Part shown: piece by piece, positions 1 through 10,084 of the stretch | Layout: each line of letters opens with the position of its first letter | Numbering within the stretch: the first letter of the stretch is position 1 | Assembly: GCA_028864975.1 (NCBI GenBank) | Contig: JAGWLG010000003.1 | Location: 32,001-96,000 of the forward strand | Direction: 5' to 3' | DNA: 64,000 nucleotides | From: Thermoplasmata archaeon | Lineage (GTDB): Archaea > Thermoplasmatota > Thermoplasmata > Lutacidiplasmatales > UBA184 | Notes under the pieces: generated by a model | The model's input: the letters and a program-made list of their open reading frames with translations, nothing else | Told to the model about the DNA's origin: nothing | The model's database searches: none | Position numbers and translations under genes: made by a program

Positions 1-130
1 AAGCGGAGCCTGCCCCGGGCGCGAGGGCCCCTCCGCCGAGCCAGGCCACGAGGCCCAACAGGGTCACGAGGAGGATCGGTCCCCGAAGGACGTTCGTTCG
101 GTGGCGGCCTGGTTCGCGTTGCGTCTTCAT
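1..130 (-). CDS. Partial: N-terminus (signal peptide) of a secreted or surface protein running off the window start
   Basis: Manual translation from ATG at 130: MKTQREPGRHRTNVLRGPILLVTLLGLVAWLGGGALAPGAGSA; basic n-region then hydrophobic h-region; open to the window edge. Confidence 0.5.
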   Translation of the reverse strand, partial: MKTQREPGRHRTNVLRGPILLVTLLGLVAWLGGGALAPGAGSA

Positions 131-560
131 GTTCTTACGGGGTCGGGGCGGCGAGAAGGAAGTGTGAGGGGAGCCCGGACCTGGTCCACCACTGGGAATC
201 CAAGCTCCTACCAAGGTCGACCGCGCCGATGGGCGCTCGACCGCAGGGGATCGACATCGCTTCAGCGGACTCCAGGGGAATCGTAAGAGAGGGGCCCGAG
301 TCCATTACCGTTTGGTAACGTGGGATGGCGTGCGATGTCTTGGCATGCGCACGGCCCCGTATGAGAGCCTGGGAAAGGCCCGAACCGCAGTGGCAGGCGG
401 CTCTTGCAGCCGGTGGGGGGTGGGAGGCCCAGGTCCCGACTCCGCATAGGGTGTTGCCGCCCCCGACCGGGGTAGGACGAGAACCCCTGAGGCAACCGAT
501 AACCGCTCCGAGCGCTCTTCTCCAGTCTCCCGAGACGAGGGGGAGAAGGAGCGGGGTCTC

Positions 561-962
561 GTGGCGAACGGTGTCCTTCAGTGCCCCGGCTGCGACTGCC
601 GATTCAACTACCTCTACACCCCGGGCGGTTCCTTTCATGCGCTGCGGCTCGGAGTTCGACGGAGCTTCAAGTGCCCTCGGTGCAGGAGGCGACAAACCTT
701 CGACCTCGGTCCTGACAAGATCGATCCGACGCTGAGCTCGTACGATGATCGGGTCGGGTGGAGGGACCTCGTCCTGGCCCTGGGACCGCTTGCCGCGGGC
801 GTCGCCGCGACCCTGGTTCTCCGTTCGATGGTATCGCCGGAGCTCTGGGTCGCTCTTCCCTCCCTGCTGGGCACGGCGTGGCTGATCGGGTTCGCGACGC
901 TGACGATCGCCATGGGTTCCCCTCCCCAGTTCGAGGGCCCTCTTCCCTCGCCGCGACCCTGA
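561..962 (+). CDS. Small Zn-ribbon membrane protein
   Basis: CPGC...CPRC pairs followed by two hydrophobic helices; purine-rich GGAGAAGGA upstream of GTG. Confidence 0.6.
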   Translation: MANGVLQCPGCDCRFNYLYTPGGSFHALRLGVRRSFKCPRCRRRQTFDLGPDKIDPTLSSYDDRVGWRDLVLALGPLAAGVAATLVLRSMVSPELWVALPSLLGTAWLIGFATLTIAMGSPPQFEGPLPSPRP

Positions 963-981
963 GCGGCCACGGTCCAAGGGC

Positions 982-1593
982 ATGGGCCCGGGGCACGTCC
1001 GGAGCCTGGACCTAGAAGAGGACGCGAAGGCTGGAGACGCTGTGGAGTCCGGCGATAGGTCGAACCGACATGTGCGCCCCGCGCGCCCCGAGGACCGGGA
1101 AGGCATGGCCCGAGTGCATGTCGAGACCTGGAAGACGACCTACCGAGGCATCGTTCCCGACGAGCACCTGGACCGGCTCACCGTGGAGAGCGACCTTCGG
1201 CGAGGGTTCGGTTCCTGGTTGGGCGCCCCCCCTCCAGAGGTCGCGGCGTTCGTCGCCGAGGCCCGGGAACCGGGTGTCGTGGGGTTCGCCGTGGGAGGGC
1301 CCAATCGTGACGAGGACCTCAGGTTCACGGGAGAACTCGGGGCGATCTATGTGCTGAAGGAGCACCAAGGGCGGGGACTGGGACGCGAGCTCGTTTCGCA
1401 CGTTGCTCGACACCTGCTCGACCACGGCCACACCTCGATGTTGTGCTGGGTCCTCGAGGCGAACACCTCCCGGGGATTCTACGAGCGGCTCGGGGGGAAG
1501 GTCGTGCGCCGAGAGGTCCGTCCCGCGGCCGGCACCCGCCTCCCCGAGGTCGCCTACGGCTGGGATGATCTCTCTAGGCTCTTGTCCCGATGA
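982..1593 (+). CDS. GNAT N-acetyltransferase
   Basis: VRPARPED start motif, AIYVLKEHQGRGLG acetyl-CoA loop, N...FYERLGG. True start may be slightly downstream. Confidence 0.85.
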   Translation: MGPGHVRSLDLEEDAKAGDAVESGDRSNRHVRPARPEDREGMARVHVETWKTTYRGIVPDEHLDRLTVESDLRRGFGSWLGAPPPEVAAFVAEAREPGVVGFAVGGPNRDEDLRFTGELGAIYVLKEHQGRGLGRELVSHVARHLLDHGHTSMLCWVLEANTSRGFYERLGGKVVRREVRPAAGTRLPEVAYGWDDLSRLLSR

Positions 1594-1665
1594 CCTGGCC
1601 GGCCCGCGCGCGGCGGGAGCGGCGAAGCGGAGGGGCAAGAGGGCCGCCCTTCGCCCCCCTCGTTG

Positions 1666-2268
1666 TCACTTCACTTTCTCGTAGTCGATCGCGACGGCGA
1701 AGATCAAAGGGAAGATCGGGTCGATGGGCGCGAGCATGTCGATGTTGTACGTGTCGCGGATCGCCACCCACGCCTCGTGGACCTTCGCGCAGTCCTGGCC
1801 CTGAGCGTTCTTGATGAAGAAGTTGTGACGCATCAAGTTCCCTGAGGTCGAGAGGAGCGGCTGTCCGTTCGGGTAGACCGCGCTGGCCTGCATCCCCGCC
1901 ATGAGCCCCCGGTTGAGGGTGATGAGGACGTGGGGAGCCCCCGCGTTGTCCACCAGCGTGAAGGTGGAAGAGTTCGACCCCCCTTCCTTCTTCAGCGTCG
2001 CGCAACGCTGTCCCGATCCGTTGTTGAGCGCGTAGGTCATGTTCACGCTCCGGGTGGCCATTCTCCCCAGGTAGCCGCCGCCCAGGGCGGACCCGAGGAG
2101 GTTCCCTCCGATGTTCTGTCCCGCGTCCCCTTGCACCATGAAGAGGGTCGACTTGTTCGAGTCCATCACCCGATAGCTGTGCCCCAGGCTCAGCATCTGG
2201 TGCTGCACCAGGAAGTTCTGTTGGCCGTGGAGTCCCAACATTTGGCTCAAGGTGGGTGGCGCTGCCAT
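1666..2268 (-). CDS. LURP-one/phospholipid scramblase (tubby C-terminal-like) family protein
   Basis: Repeated beta-hairpin pattern ending RDTYNID...DPIFPLIFAVAID, typical of the central helix of this fold; start placed at MAAPPTL (ATG 2268). Confidence 0.65.
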   Translation of the reverse strand: MAAPPTLSQMLGLHGQQNFLVQHQMLSLGHSYRVMDSNKSTLFMVQGDAGQNIGGNLLGSALGGGYLGRMATRSVNMTYALNNGSGQRCATLKKEGGSNSSTFTLVDNAGAPHVLITLNRGLMAGMQASAVYPNGQPLLSTSGNLMRHNFFIKNAQGQDCAKVHEAWVAIRDTYNIDMLAPIDPIFPLIFAVAIDYEKVK

Positions 2269-2411
2269 GTTCCTCGGTTCCCGATGCTCCGAGACCCGCA
2301 TGAATCCTTCGGTCACCTTTCCCCGCTGCACCGGCTCTTGCCCCGGCCCTAGGGTCGGCTTGCCTTCCCCCGGGGGATGCCACACCCCCGGATTCGAGAG
2401 CGAGAAACACC

Positions 2412-2418
2412 TTTAAGC
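2412..2418 (+). promoter_or_regulatory. TATA box of PCNA gene
   Basis: TTTAAG in a GC-rich background about 30-40 nt upstream of ATG 2446/2452. Confidence 0.55.
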
Positions 2419-2451
2419 GGGGCTTCGTGTGCGGAACCCCGTCCTATGCCG

Positions 2452-3192
2452 ATGTTCCGGGCCCGGGTCCGCATGGAAGTCCTGCGCGAGCTCGTCGGGG
2501 TCGTTTCGACCCTGGTCCCGGAGATGAAGCTCGTCGTCTCCAAGGACGGCGTCGAGGTCAAGGCCGTCGACCCTTCCCACGTCGCGATGCTGGTCGCGAA
2601 GCTCAAGAAGGAGGCGTTCGAGGAGTTCCAGGGCGACACGACGGAGATCGGGCTCGACCTGGAGAAGGTCCGCGAGGTCCTGGCGCTCGCCCGCCCGGGC
2701 GATGTCCTTGACGTGACCTTCGACGCGGGAAAGGGCAAGCTCGTGGTCTCGGTGGGGAAGCTCTCGCGGATGATGTCGGTCGTCGACCCCGCGGGGATCA
2801 GCCAGCCCAAGGTCCCTTCGGTGAATCCCACGGCCAAGGTCGTGCTCAAGATCGACGAGCTCCGCCAAGGGATCCGCGGGTCGGAGTCCATCAGCGACCA
2901 CGTGACCTTGAGCCTCGACCATGAGAACTTCACGCTCCACTCGGAAGGCGAGAACGACCAGGTCAACCTCAAGATCGGCAAGGAGGCGTTGACGCTGCTC
3001 GACGCGAAGGAGCCGGTGAAGAGCATGTACCCGCTCGATTTCTTCTCCAACATGGTGAAGTCCATCACCAGCGCCGAGGAGGTCACGATGGCCCTAGGCA
3101 CGCAGTACCCGCTCCGGCTCGACTTCTCGCTTGCCGGGGGCCGCGGGGACGCGCAGTTCCTCCTCGCTCCTCGCGTCGAGGACTCGGACTGA
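2452..3192 (+). CDS. pcn: DNA polymerase sliding clamp PCNA
   Basis: MFRARV..., AVDPSHVAM, YPLDFF, QFLLAPRVE; alternative start at 2446. Confidence 0.95.
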   Translation: MFRARVRMEVLRELVGVVSTLVPEMKLVVSKDGVEVKAVDPSHVAMLVAKLKKEAFEEFQGDTTEIGLDLEKVREVLALARPGDVLDVTFDAGKGKLVVSVGKLSRMMSVVDPAGISQPKVPSVNPTAKVVLKIDELRQGIRGSESISDHVTLSLDHENFTLHSEGENDQVNLKIGKEALTLLDAKEPVKSMYPLDFFSNMVKSITSAEEVTMALGTQYPLRLDFSLAGGRGDAQFLLAPRVEDSD

Positions 3193-3240
3193 ACGCCCTC
3201 CAGCGCGGACCTCCCTCGCGCCGTTGCTCGGTCGGGCTGT

Positions 3241-3744
3241 ATGGTCGAAGTGCGACGAGTGCGGCTCTCGGACACTTCCGCGTTGAAGGACCTCCGACTG
3301 GAAGCCCTCAGGACCGACCGAATGGCGTTCGGGAGCACGGTCGAGCGGGAGCAGGCTTTTCCCCCCGAGCGATGGAAGGAGCGTACGCGTCAGGGCTCGG
3401 TGGATGAGCGCTGGGCGACCTTCATCGCCGAGGAGGCGAACGGGACCCTCGTCGGGATGGTCACCGTCGGTGCGCCGAAGGAAGCGACCTCGTTCAACAT
3501 CTTCGGGATGTGGGTCCGTCCCTCGCATCGAGGACGGGGGCTGGGCGGCCGGCTCTTGGACGCGGCCCTCGAGTTCGCCGAGCGCGCCTCCCCGGGCGCG
3601 ACCGTGGAGCTCGAGGTCGTGAGGACGCAGGAAGCGGCGGTCCGAACCTACGAGAGCCGAGGGTTCCGTTTCACGGGCGCGACCGAGCCGCTGGGGCACA
3701 GCGCACCCGCGGTCTGCCACCTCATGATCCGACCGGGACGCTGA
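3241..3744 (+). CDS. GNAT N-acetyltransferase
   Basis: LRLEALRTD..AFGST, GMWVRPSHRGRGLG, A..TYESRGF. Confidence 0.85.
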   Translation: MVEVRRVRLSDTSALKDLRLEALRTDRMAFGSTVEREQAFPPERWKERTRQGSVDERWATFIAEEANGTLVGMVTVGAPKEATSFNIFGMWVRPSHRGRGLGGRLLDAALEFAERASPGATVELEVVRTQEAAVRTYESRGFRFTGATEPLGHSAPAVCHLMIRPGR

Positions 3745-3815
3745 GCGCGCTCGATGGACAGCGCCGGCCGGGAGCGGCCGTTGCGTTATATCCCGGGAAC
3801 CAAGTCCCCCCACTC

Positions 3816-5006
3816 GTGCCTTCCTCCCCCCCTCGTATCGCGATCGTCGGCGCTGCCCGAACGCCGATCGGGAAGTTCGGCGGGGGCCTTTCGAAGGTCC
3901 CCTCCCCTAGGTTGGGGCAGATCGCTGTGAGGGAAGCGCTGCGCCGTGCGAGCGTTGCGCCGACGGAGGTGGACGACCTCCTCTTTGGTTGCTCGCTGGA
4001 GGCCGGCCTCGGGCAGAACCCCGCCCGCCAGGTGCTGCTGGGGTGCGACATCCCGGTGCACGTTGGGGCCACGACGATCAACAAGGTCTGCGGCTCGGGG
4101 ATGAAGAGCCTGATGTTCGGGGCGAGCGAGGTGCGAGCGGGGGACGCTTCCCTGGTGGTCGTCGGCGGGATGGAGAGCATGGACCTTGCTCCCTACCTCC
4201 TCCCGAAGGTCCGATGGGGGATGCGCTACGGGGAAGGGGCCCTCCTCGATGCGATGCTGACCGACTCCCTGCTCGATGCCTACGACCACGAGCACATGGG
4301 CATGACCGGGGAGGCGGTCGCCCGGAAGTTCAAGATCACCCGGGAAGAGGCCGACGCCTTCTCGCTCCGAAGCCACCAGAAGGCGATCGCGGCCTGGAAC
4401 GAGGGGCGGCTCCAGGAGGAGGTCGTCCCCGTCCCCGCCGAGGTGACCGGCGGCGCGGCGGTGGAGCGCGACGAAGGCCCTAGGGCCGACACCAGCCTCG
4501 AGAAGCTCGCGAAGCTCAAGCCCGCGTTCTCCCCGAAGGGCGTCCTCACGCCGGGGAACTCCTCCCAGATCTCGGACGGGGCCGCGGCGCTCGTGTTGGC
4601 CAGCGAGGAGAAGGTCGCGAAGCTCTCTCTGAAGCCCCTTGCGTGGATCCGTTCCTACCATGTGAGCGGGGTCCCCCCGCCACGGGTGATGGAGTCCCCG
4701 ATCCCGGCGGTGAAGGAGCACCTGAAGAAGGAGAAGCTCACGGTCGCGGACCTGGACCTCTTCGAGCACAACGAGGCCTTCTCCACGGCTTCCATTGCTG
4801 TGCAGAGGACCTTCCAGGTCCCGGAGGAGAAGTTCAACGTCAACGGGGGGGCCGTAGCCCTGGGACATCCCATCGGGTGTTCGGGGGCACGGATCGTGGT
4901 CACCCTGCTCCACGAGATGCTCCGCCGCAAGTCCCACCGAGGGCTCGCCACCCTGTGCATGGGCGGCGGGAACGGCACTTCTGTGATCCTTGAAAGCGCC
5001 TCGTAG
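3816..5006 (+). CDS. Acetyl-CoA C-acetyltransferase (bacterial AtoB/FadA-type thiolase), catalytically intact
   Basis: ARTPIGKFGG, NKVCGSG (nucleophile), NEAF, NGGAVALGHPIG, LCMGGG. Start set at GTG 3816, about 25 nt after GTTATAT (3785-3791). Confidence 0.92.
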   Translation: MPSSPPRIAIVGAARTPIGKFGGGLSKVPSPRLGQIAVREALRRASVAPTEVDDLLFGCSLEAGLGQNPARQVLLGCDIPVHVGATTINKVCGSGMKSLMFGASEVRAGDASLVVVGGMESMDLAPYLLPKVRWGMRYGEGALLDAMLTDSLLDAYDHEHMGMTGEAVARKFKITREEADAFSLRSHQKAIAAWNEGRLQEEVVPVPAEVTGGAAVERDEGPRADTSLEKLAKLKPAFSPKGVLTPGNSSQISDGAAALVLASEEKVAKLSLKPLAWIRSYHVSGVPPPRVMESPIPAVKEHLKKEKLTVADLDLFEHNEAFSTASIAVQRTFQVPEEKFNVNGGAVALGHPIGCSGARIVVTLLHEMLRRKSHRGLATLCMGGGNGTSVILESAS

Positions 5007-5268
5007 GGTCCCAAGGGCGTCGCGGGGCCGCAGAGAACGACAGGAAGCGGCGATGCGACCGGTCCGCGACGAAGCGAGGCCAACCCTGAAACCTGGTACT
5101 TCCCCGGCCAACTCCGAACCGAGTTCCCCGCCGTCCCCCGATCCGCCGCTCCCGCCTCCTCCCTGAACGTCGAACCATCGCGTCCCCCCGGTGGACAGGG
5201 TCGCAGGTCCCGTGGGCGCCGGGGGAGGGACCTCCGCGGGAGTCTGCTGCCAGGCTTTAGCGCGATTT

Positions 5269-5727
5269 CTATAGTTCGTCGTCAGGGCCCTCCTCGGACC
5301 ATTCCGGGGGGGGCGGCGGGCGCGGGGCGAGCCCCTGAGCGCGGGGGGCGGGACCCACCCCCATCTCGAGAAGCTCGCGGGCGCTCAGGCGGATGAGATA
5401 GGCACCCGAGGCGAACCGCCGGATGAACCGCCGCTGGGGATCGCCCTCGAGCGCGAGGGTGTAGCCTCCGGTGCGTTCACGTGAACGGGTCCAGGCGAGA
5501 CCTGTGGTGCTCCAGCGCTCCAGGACCCCTCGAAGGAAGGTCTCGAGCCCTTCCCCCGGACCCTTGCTGAGCAGCGCGCAACGGTTCACACCGTCCCCGT
5601 CCGGCTCGAGGAAGGTGACGGACGCCCACCTCGACGGGGGGGAAACGGGAGCCGTGGGGCGGATCCGGACCCGGGGGCTCTGAGCGACCACGGTCCAGGC
5701 GACGGTAGGTGGGGCCCCGCCGGTCAT
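5269..5727 (-). CDS. Hypothetical protein
   Basis: ATG 5727 overlaps the upstream stop (ATGA) and has GGAGG upstream. Confidence 0.55.
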   Translation of the reverse strand: MTGGAPPTVAWTVVAQSPRVRIRPTAPVSPPSRWASVTFLEPDGDGVNRCALLSKGPGEGLETFLRGVLERWSTTGLAWTRSRERTGGYTLALEGDPQRRFIRRFASGAYLIRLSARELLEMGVGPAPRAQGLAPRPPPPPEWSEEGPDDEL

Positions 5728-6119
5728 GGTGCCTGCCTCCCTCGACCTCCAAGGTCCCCCGAGCGCTCGACAGCGTTCGCGAGGGCGAGGCGCACGAGAC
5801 CCAGGGTCCGCATGTACGCAGGGAGGACCTTCCCGTCGACCGCGCCCGCCCTCCATGTCCGGACCATGTGGTCCAACTGCTCATGGAGGAATGGAGAGAC
5901 CGTCCTCGCCCGGCAGACGGAGGTCTCGGGGTCCTCCCCATCCATCGGGCGAGAGCAGGTCGGGCAGAGGACCTGGAAGGCGACCTGGGGGACCGCGGGT
6001 CGAGAGGTCTCACGCTCCTCCGGTCGGGTCCCGTAGTGGGCCGCGTGCATGTTGCGAAACTTCCGCAGCCGCTCCGACTGCGATTCCCGGTCCGGGGGGG
6101 ACCGGATCCAGAACGACAT
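5724..6119 (-). CDS. Hypothetical protein with CxxC (possible Zn-binding)
   Basis: ATG 6119 preceded by GGGGAGGGGAG; CPTC motif; stop coupled to the next start. Confidence 0.55.
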   Translation of the reverse strand: MSFWIRSPPDRESQSERLRKFRNMHAAHYGTRPEERETSRPAVPQVAFQVLCPTCSRPMDGEDPETSVCRARTVSPFLHEQLDHMVRTWRAGAVDGKVLPAYMRTLGLVRLALANAVERSGDLGGRGRQAP

Positions 6120-6402
6120 GCTACTCCCCTCCCCAGGGGTAGTTCGGGGATGGGGGTCCCCGCGGAGCTCGGACCTCCTCCGCGCAGGGACCGTCCAGGG
6201 GCTCCCTGGCGGCGTGGTCGTCGAGCTTGGTTCCGCATGTCGCGTTCGTCGCGCTCCACATGCGGAGGGACTTCTCGAGGCGGGGGATAAGCCGCGCCCG
6301 CAGGTATGCACGCGGGCGGTGTTCGGCGGGCGCGCCAAGGTCTAATTACGGGGCTTCCGAATACCATCGCCAGGGGAACGCACCCCGGAGAGGGGCGAGC
6401 GG

Positions 6403-9400
6403 ATGGGCGAAGGGCCGAGGGTGCGAGGCGCGACACCGGGCCTCCCCCTCGTCGGAAGACGGGAGGAGAGGGAACGGCTCACGGAGGCCCTGAGCTCGGC
6501 GAAGGAAGGTCTGGGGGGAGTTCTGGCCGTCGGGGGCCCTGCCGGGATTGGGAAGACCCGGCTACTGCGCTGGATGGAAGGGGAGGCGAGCCGGCTCGGT
6601 TTCGAGGTTCTCTGGGGGTACGGCATGCAGGAGTCGCCCGTGCCGCTGTTCCCCCTGGACCAGATGTTCCAGCGAGGAGGGAACGACCGGGCCCTGCCGC
6701 TTGAGGGAAGCTCGAGGAGCCCTCCCGCGGAGGCGGAACCTCTCCCCCTTGCGGCCCCTTTGGCGTTCTCGGCATCGCCGGCCGACCTGGCCTGGGGGGC
6801 GGCCACATGGGTGGGGCTCGCCGCGGTCGGTGCGGGGGGTACGGCACGACCCCACGACGACCCTTCGGCCGAGCCCTACACGAGCCGCGTGCTCCGCTAC
6901 TTGGAACGCCTCCAACGGGAAAGCCCGCAGCGACCCATGCTGCTGCTCCTGGACGACATGCAGTGGGCCGATGCGGAGACCCTCGTCGCCTTCCAGTTCC
7001 TGGGACGCAGCCTGAGGAAGCTCTCGGTCCTGCTCGTGGCGGCCTACCGCGATGACGAGGCGGCTCCGCCGGGGACCGACGGGGTCGCCCTGGTGGACGT
7101 GCTGGACCGGCTGGAGCGCGAGGGCCATCTGCGCCCCCTGGCCTTGAAGGGGCTCACGTTCTCGGAAGGGCGGAAGCTTGTCGAGGACCTCGTCGGGAGA
7201 CCGCTCGCGGACTCGCAACGGGGGGCCCTGCAGCTCCTGATGCGCCGTTCCAACGGCAATCCCTACTTCCTGCTGGAGATGGTACGTTCGCTCCAATCGG
7301 AAGGCCGGGTGCGGGTCCAAGGGCCCAAGGCGCTTCTCCGCCTCCCCGCCACGACGGACGAGGACGCCGCGGGGACGCCACGCCCGGACAGCGTTCCCCC
7401 CGCGATCGCGAGGCTCCTCCGCTCCCGTCTCGCCTCCGAGCGGCCGGAGCTCCGGGAGGTCATCGATGCGGCGGCCGTCCTGGGTTCGGAGTTCGAGGTC
7501 GCGCCGCTCGCTCATGGTCTTGGGACGAGCCGCGAGTCGGTGGGCACGGTTCTCCTCCAGCTCCATCGCGCCGGGCGCCTCGTGCTGCAGCGACCCGGCG
7601 ACCCCGATAGGTACGCGTTCCAGCACGCTCTGCTCTGGGAGGTGAGCCGTGACGAAGTTCCCTCGGACCGGGCACGCGCGCTCTCCCGCGCGTACGCTGA
7701 CTGGTGGGCGCAGTTCCGCAGCCGTGAGCTCGAGACCATCGCCCGGCTCTACCACGCCGCGGGGGAGCGGACGCCCGGGCTCCCTTGGATCGAGCGGGCG
7801 CTGCGACGTTCGTTCGACGCGGGGACGATGGAGACGACACGTCGGCTCCTCCGTTGGGCCCAGGACCTCTTTCGTGGGGATCCCCAGGGGACCGACGGGT
7901 ACGCTCGGCTCGTCCTCGCGACCGTCCGCCAGCTCTACTTCCGTGGCTCCCTCTGGCAGTGCAGCGACCTCCTCAAGGGCGTGCTCGCCACCGAGCTCTC
8001 GGGCGAGCTTCGCCTCTGGGCCGAGCGATACCTCTCCGAGGCCATCCAGACGACCGACTTCCACGAGGCCCGACGTATCTTGGAGGAGCTCCAGGAAGCT
8101 CAGCTCCGGTCCCCGGAACGCTTCTCCCGTGAGCTCGAGGCCGAGGTCCGGCTCGTGGAAGCGAGCCTCCTCTACCATGAGGACCGCCTGGAGGAAGCCT
8201 CGGCGGCCGCCGAAGCGGCGCTCGAGCGGTTGGGGACCCGGGGAGATGCCTTCCACCGCGCCAAGGCCCTGGAGCACCTCGCGAAGGCCGACATCTACCG
8301 CGGCCGCTACGCGGAAGGGCAGCGACGGCTCGACCAGGCGATCACGCTCGCGGCCGAGTCGGCGGTGCCGCAGTTGCGGATCCGTCTCGCCGGGACCCAG
8401 GGGTCGTTCTTCATGCGGGAGGGGCGGCTCGTGGAGGCGCAGAACGCTTTCGAGCTTCAAGTGGCCCAAGCCCGCGTGCTGGGCCATCTGCCATCCCTCG
8501 TGCAGGCGCTCAACAGCCTCTCCCACGTCCTGGAGAACCGGGCCGACTGGGATGGGGCCTGGAAGGCCGCGGAGGAGGCCCGGCAGCTCGCCGAGCGGCT
8601 CGGCCTCACCCGAGCGGGGGTGGAGGCCCGGGCGAGCCAGGCCGTCGTGCTCGTCGAGATGGGGCGGTGGAGCGAGGCCCTGCCCCGTCTCTCGGACGTC
8701 CGGGACCGAGCGAGCCAGGTCGGCGTCCCCCAGTACGTCACGATCGCGGACCTCCTCGCGCTCGAGGCCCGCGGTGCTCTGGGTGAGGCCAAGGGAGCGT
8801 TGCAGGAGCTCGCGGCCCGAGAGCCCTCGGTCGACCTGACGCTCCCCGACAACCGTGCCCTTTTCCTTCGGATCCGAGGGTTCCTGAGGGTCCAAGTGGG
8901 GGACCGCGAGGGCTCGGAGGAGGACCTCAAGGAAGCTCTCGAGATCTCGGAGCGGGTCCCCCTCAGGATCTCGAGGGCGGGCACGCTCGACGTGATGGTC
9001 CAATGGCAGAGCCGGTTCGGCGATGCGAGGTCCCTGGTGGAGGCACGCGAAAGGGCGGACCGTGCCTTCGCCGAGATCGGGAGCCGCAGGGTCGACCGTT
9101 TCAGCGCCGCCGGCGGGCCACCGCCCGGCCGACACCCGCTCACGCGGCCCGGCCCTTGGGGGGCCCGTGCACGAACGCGAGCGGAGGCTCCGCCCACTCC
9201 CACGCTTTCGACCGCGGCCCCGCTATCTCACCGGATCCTGCAACACCTGGCCGGTCAGGGGGCATGGGCCGGGGCGATCGAGCATGCCCCCCGGGTCCCG
9301 CCGTCGATCACCCAGGAGGGGTTCGGCCAAGCGCTGGGAGTGTCCCAGGGCAGCTTCGCGAAGGCCTTGGTCCGCCTGGAGGAGCGAGGGCTCGTACGCC

Positions 9401-9528
9401 ATCTCTCGGCCCACGTGGAAGGGGGAGGTCGTCGGAGGCTGGCCTACTACCTCACGCCGCAGGGGGAGAGCGTCGCTCGAGAGATCCAGCCCGACCTCTC
9501 CGAGGTGCGGGCATCGCTCCCCCGATAG
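6403..9528 (+). CDS. STAND/AAA_16-type ATPase with TPR region and C-terminal winged HTH
   Basis: Walker A GPAGIGKT, Walker B LLLLDDMQWAD, GNPYF motif, TPR-like helices, C-terminal ITQEG...L.RLEERGLV...YYLTPQG. Confidence 0.85.
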   Translation: MGEGPRVRGATPGLPLVGRREERERLTEALSSAKEGLGGVLAVGGPAGIGKTRLLRWMEGEASRLGFEVLWGYGMQESPVPLFPLDQMFQRGGNDRALPLEGSSRSPPAEAEPLPLAAPLAFSASPADLAWGAATWVGLAAVGAGGTARPHDDPSAEPYTSRVLRYLERLQRESPQRPMLLLLDDMQWADAETLVAFQFLGRSLRKLSVLLVAAYRDDEAAPPGTDGVALVDVLDRLEREGHLRPLALKGLTFSEGRKLVEDLVGRPLADSQRGALQLLMRRSNGNPYFLLEMVRSLQSEGRVRVQGPKALLRLPATTDEDAAGTPRPDSVPPAIARLLRSRLASERPELREVIDAAAVLGSEFEVAPLAHGLGTSRESVGTVLLQLHRAGRLVLQRPGDPDRYAFQHALLWEVSRDEVPSDRARALSRAYADWWAQFRSRELETIARLYHAAGERTPGLPWIERALRRSFDAGTMETTRRLLRWAQDLFRGDPQGTDGYARLVLATVRQLYFRGSLWQCSDLLKGVLATELSGELRLWAERYLSEAIQTTDFHEARRILEELQEAQLRSPERFSRELEAEVRLVEASLLYHEDRLEEASAAAEAALERLGTRGDAFHRAKALEHLAKADIYRGRYAEGQRRLDQAITLAAESAVPQLRIRLAGTQGSFFMREGRLVEAQNAFELQVAQARVLGHLPSLVQALNSLSHVLENRADWDGAWKAAEEARQLAERLGLTRAGVEARASQAVVLVEMGRWSEALPRLSDVRDRASQVGVPQYVTIADLLALEARGALGEAKGALQELAAREPSVDLTLPDNRALFLRIRGFLRVQVGDREGSEEDLKEALEISERVPLRISRAGTLDVMVQWQSRFGDARSLVEARERADRAFAEIGSRRVDRFSAAGGPPPGRHPLTRPGPWGARARTRAEAPPTPTLSTAAPLSHRILQHLAGQGAWAGAIEHAPRVPPSITQEGFGQALGVSQGSFAKALVRLEERGLVRHLSAHVEGGGRRRLAYYLTPQGESVAREIQPDLSEVRASLPR

Positions 9529-10084
9529 CTGGGGTCGGGCCCTGGAAACCTCCGACGGACCTTCCCTCCGACGAGGCTCCCGCCCCCCGTGAGGCCGCAT
9601 ATCTGCGGTCTCCGTTGAACTCCCGCTCCGCCGTTGGGAGGACCGATGATGTGGTCGGCAGGAGACGCTTTCGCCACCGACGGTCCTCACGTTCCCGACG
9701 GCGCTCCCGAGGGCGCGGGCTCTCCCAAGGAGGCGGCAGGTGCCAAATACCGGGTCAGCGGTTCCTATACGGGGGTGGGAAGCCTGCACTCGTGTGCGCG
9801 TGCGCCCGACCTGCGGGTGCACTTCGCCCAACCCCACCGAAGGAAGGACCGCGAAATCTCTTGGCGCCGCGTGAACCGGTGCTACGTGAGACCGGGATCC
9901 CGAAGCCGAGCTCGGGAAGGTCCCCACCGCGTCGGAACGGACCCTCCGGCGCGAGCGCCCTCGTGAAGTCCCACTCACATCGTTCCAGGGTGAGAACATG
10001 AGCAGACCGAGTCCGTGTGCAGCCTTCGAGGGGTCGATCCGATCGTCAGGTCCGAGAAGGGGGGCGACCGAGCGGTCGCCCGGC

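Noticed and set aside
305-318. Palindrome TTACC-GTTT-GGTAA (also 9591-9612 GAGGCCGCA-TATC-TGCGGTCTC)
   Set aside because: Short single occurrences with no linked regulator evidence; could be chance.
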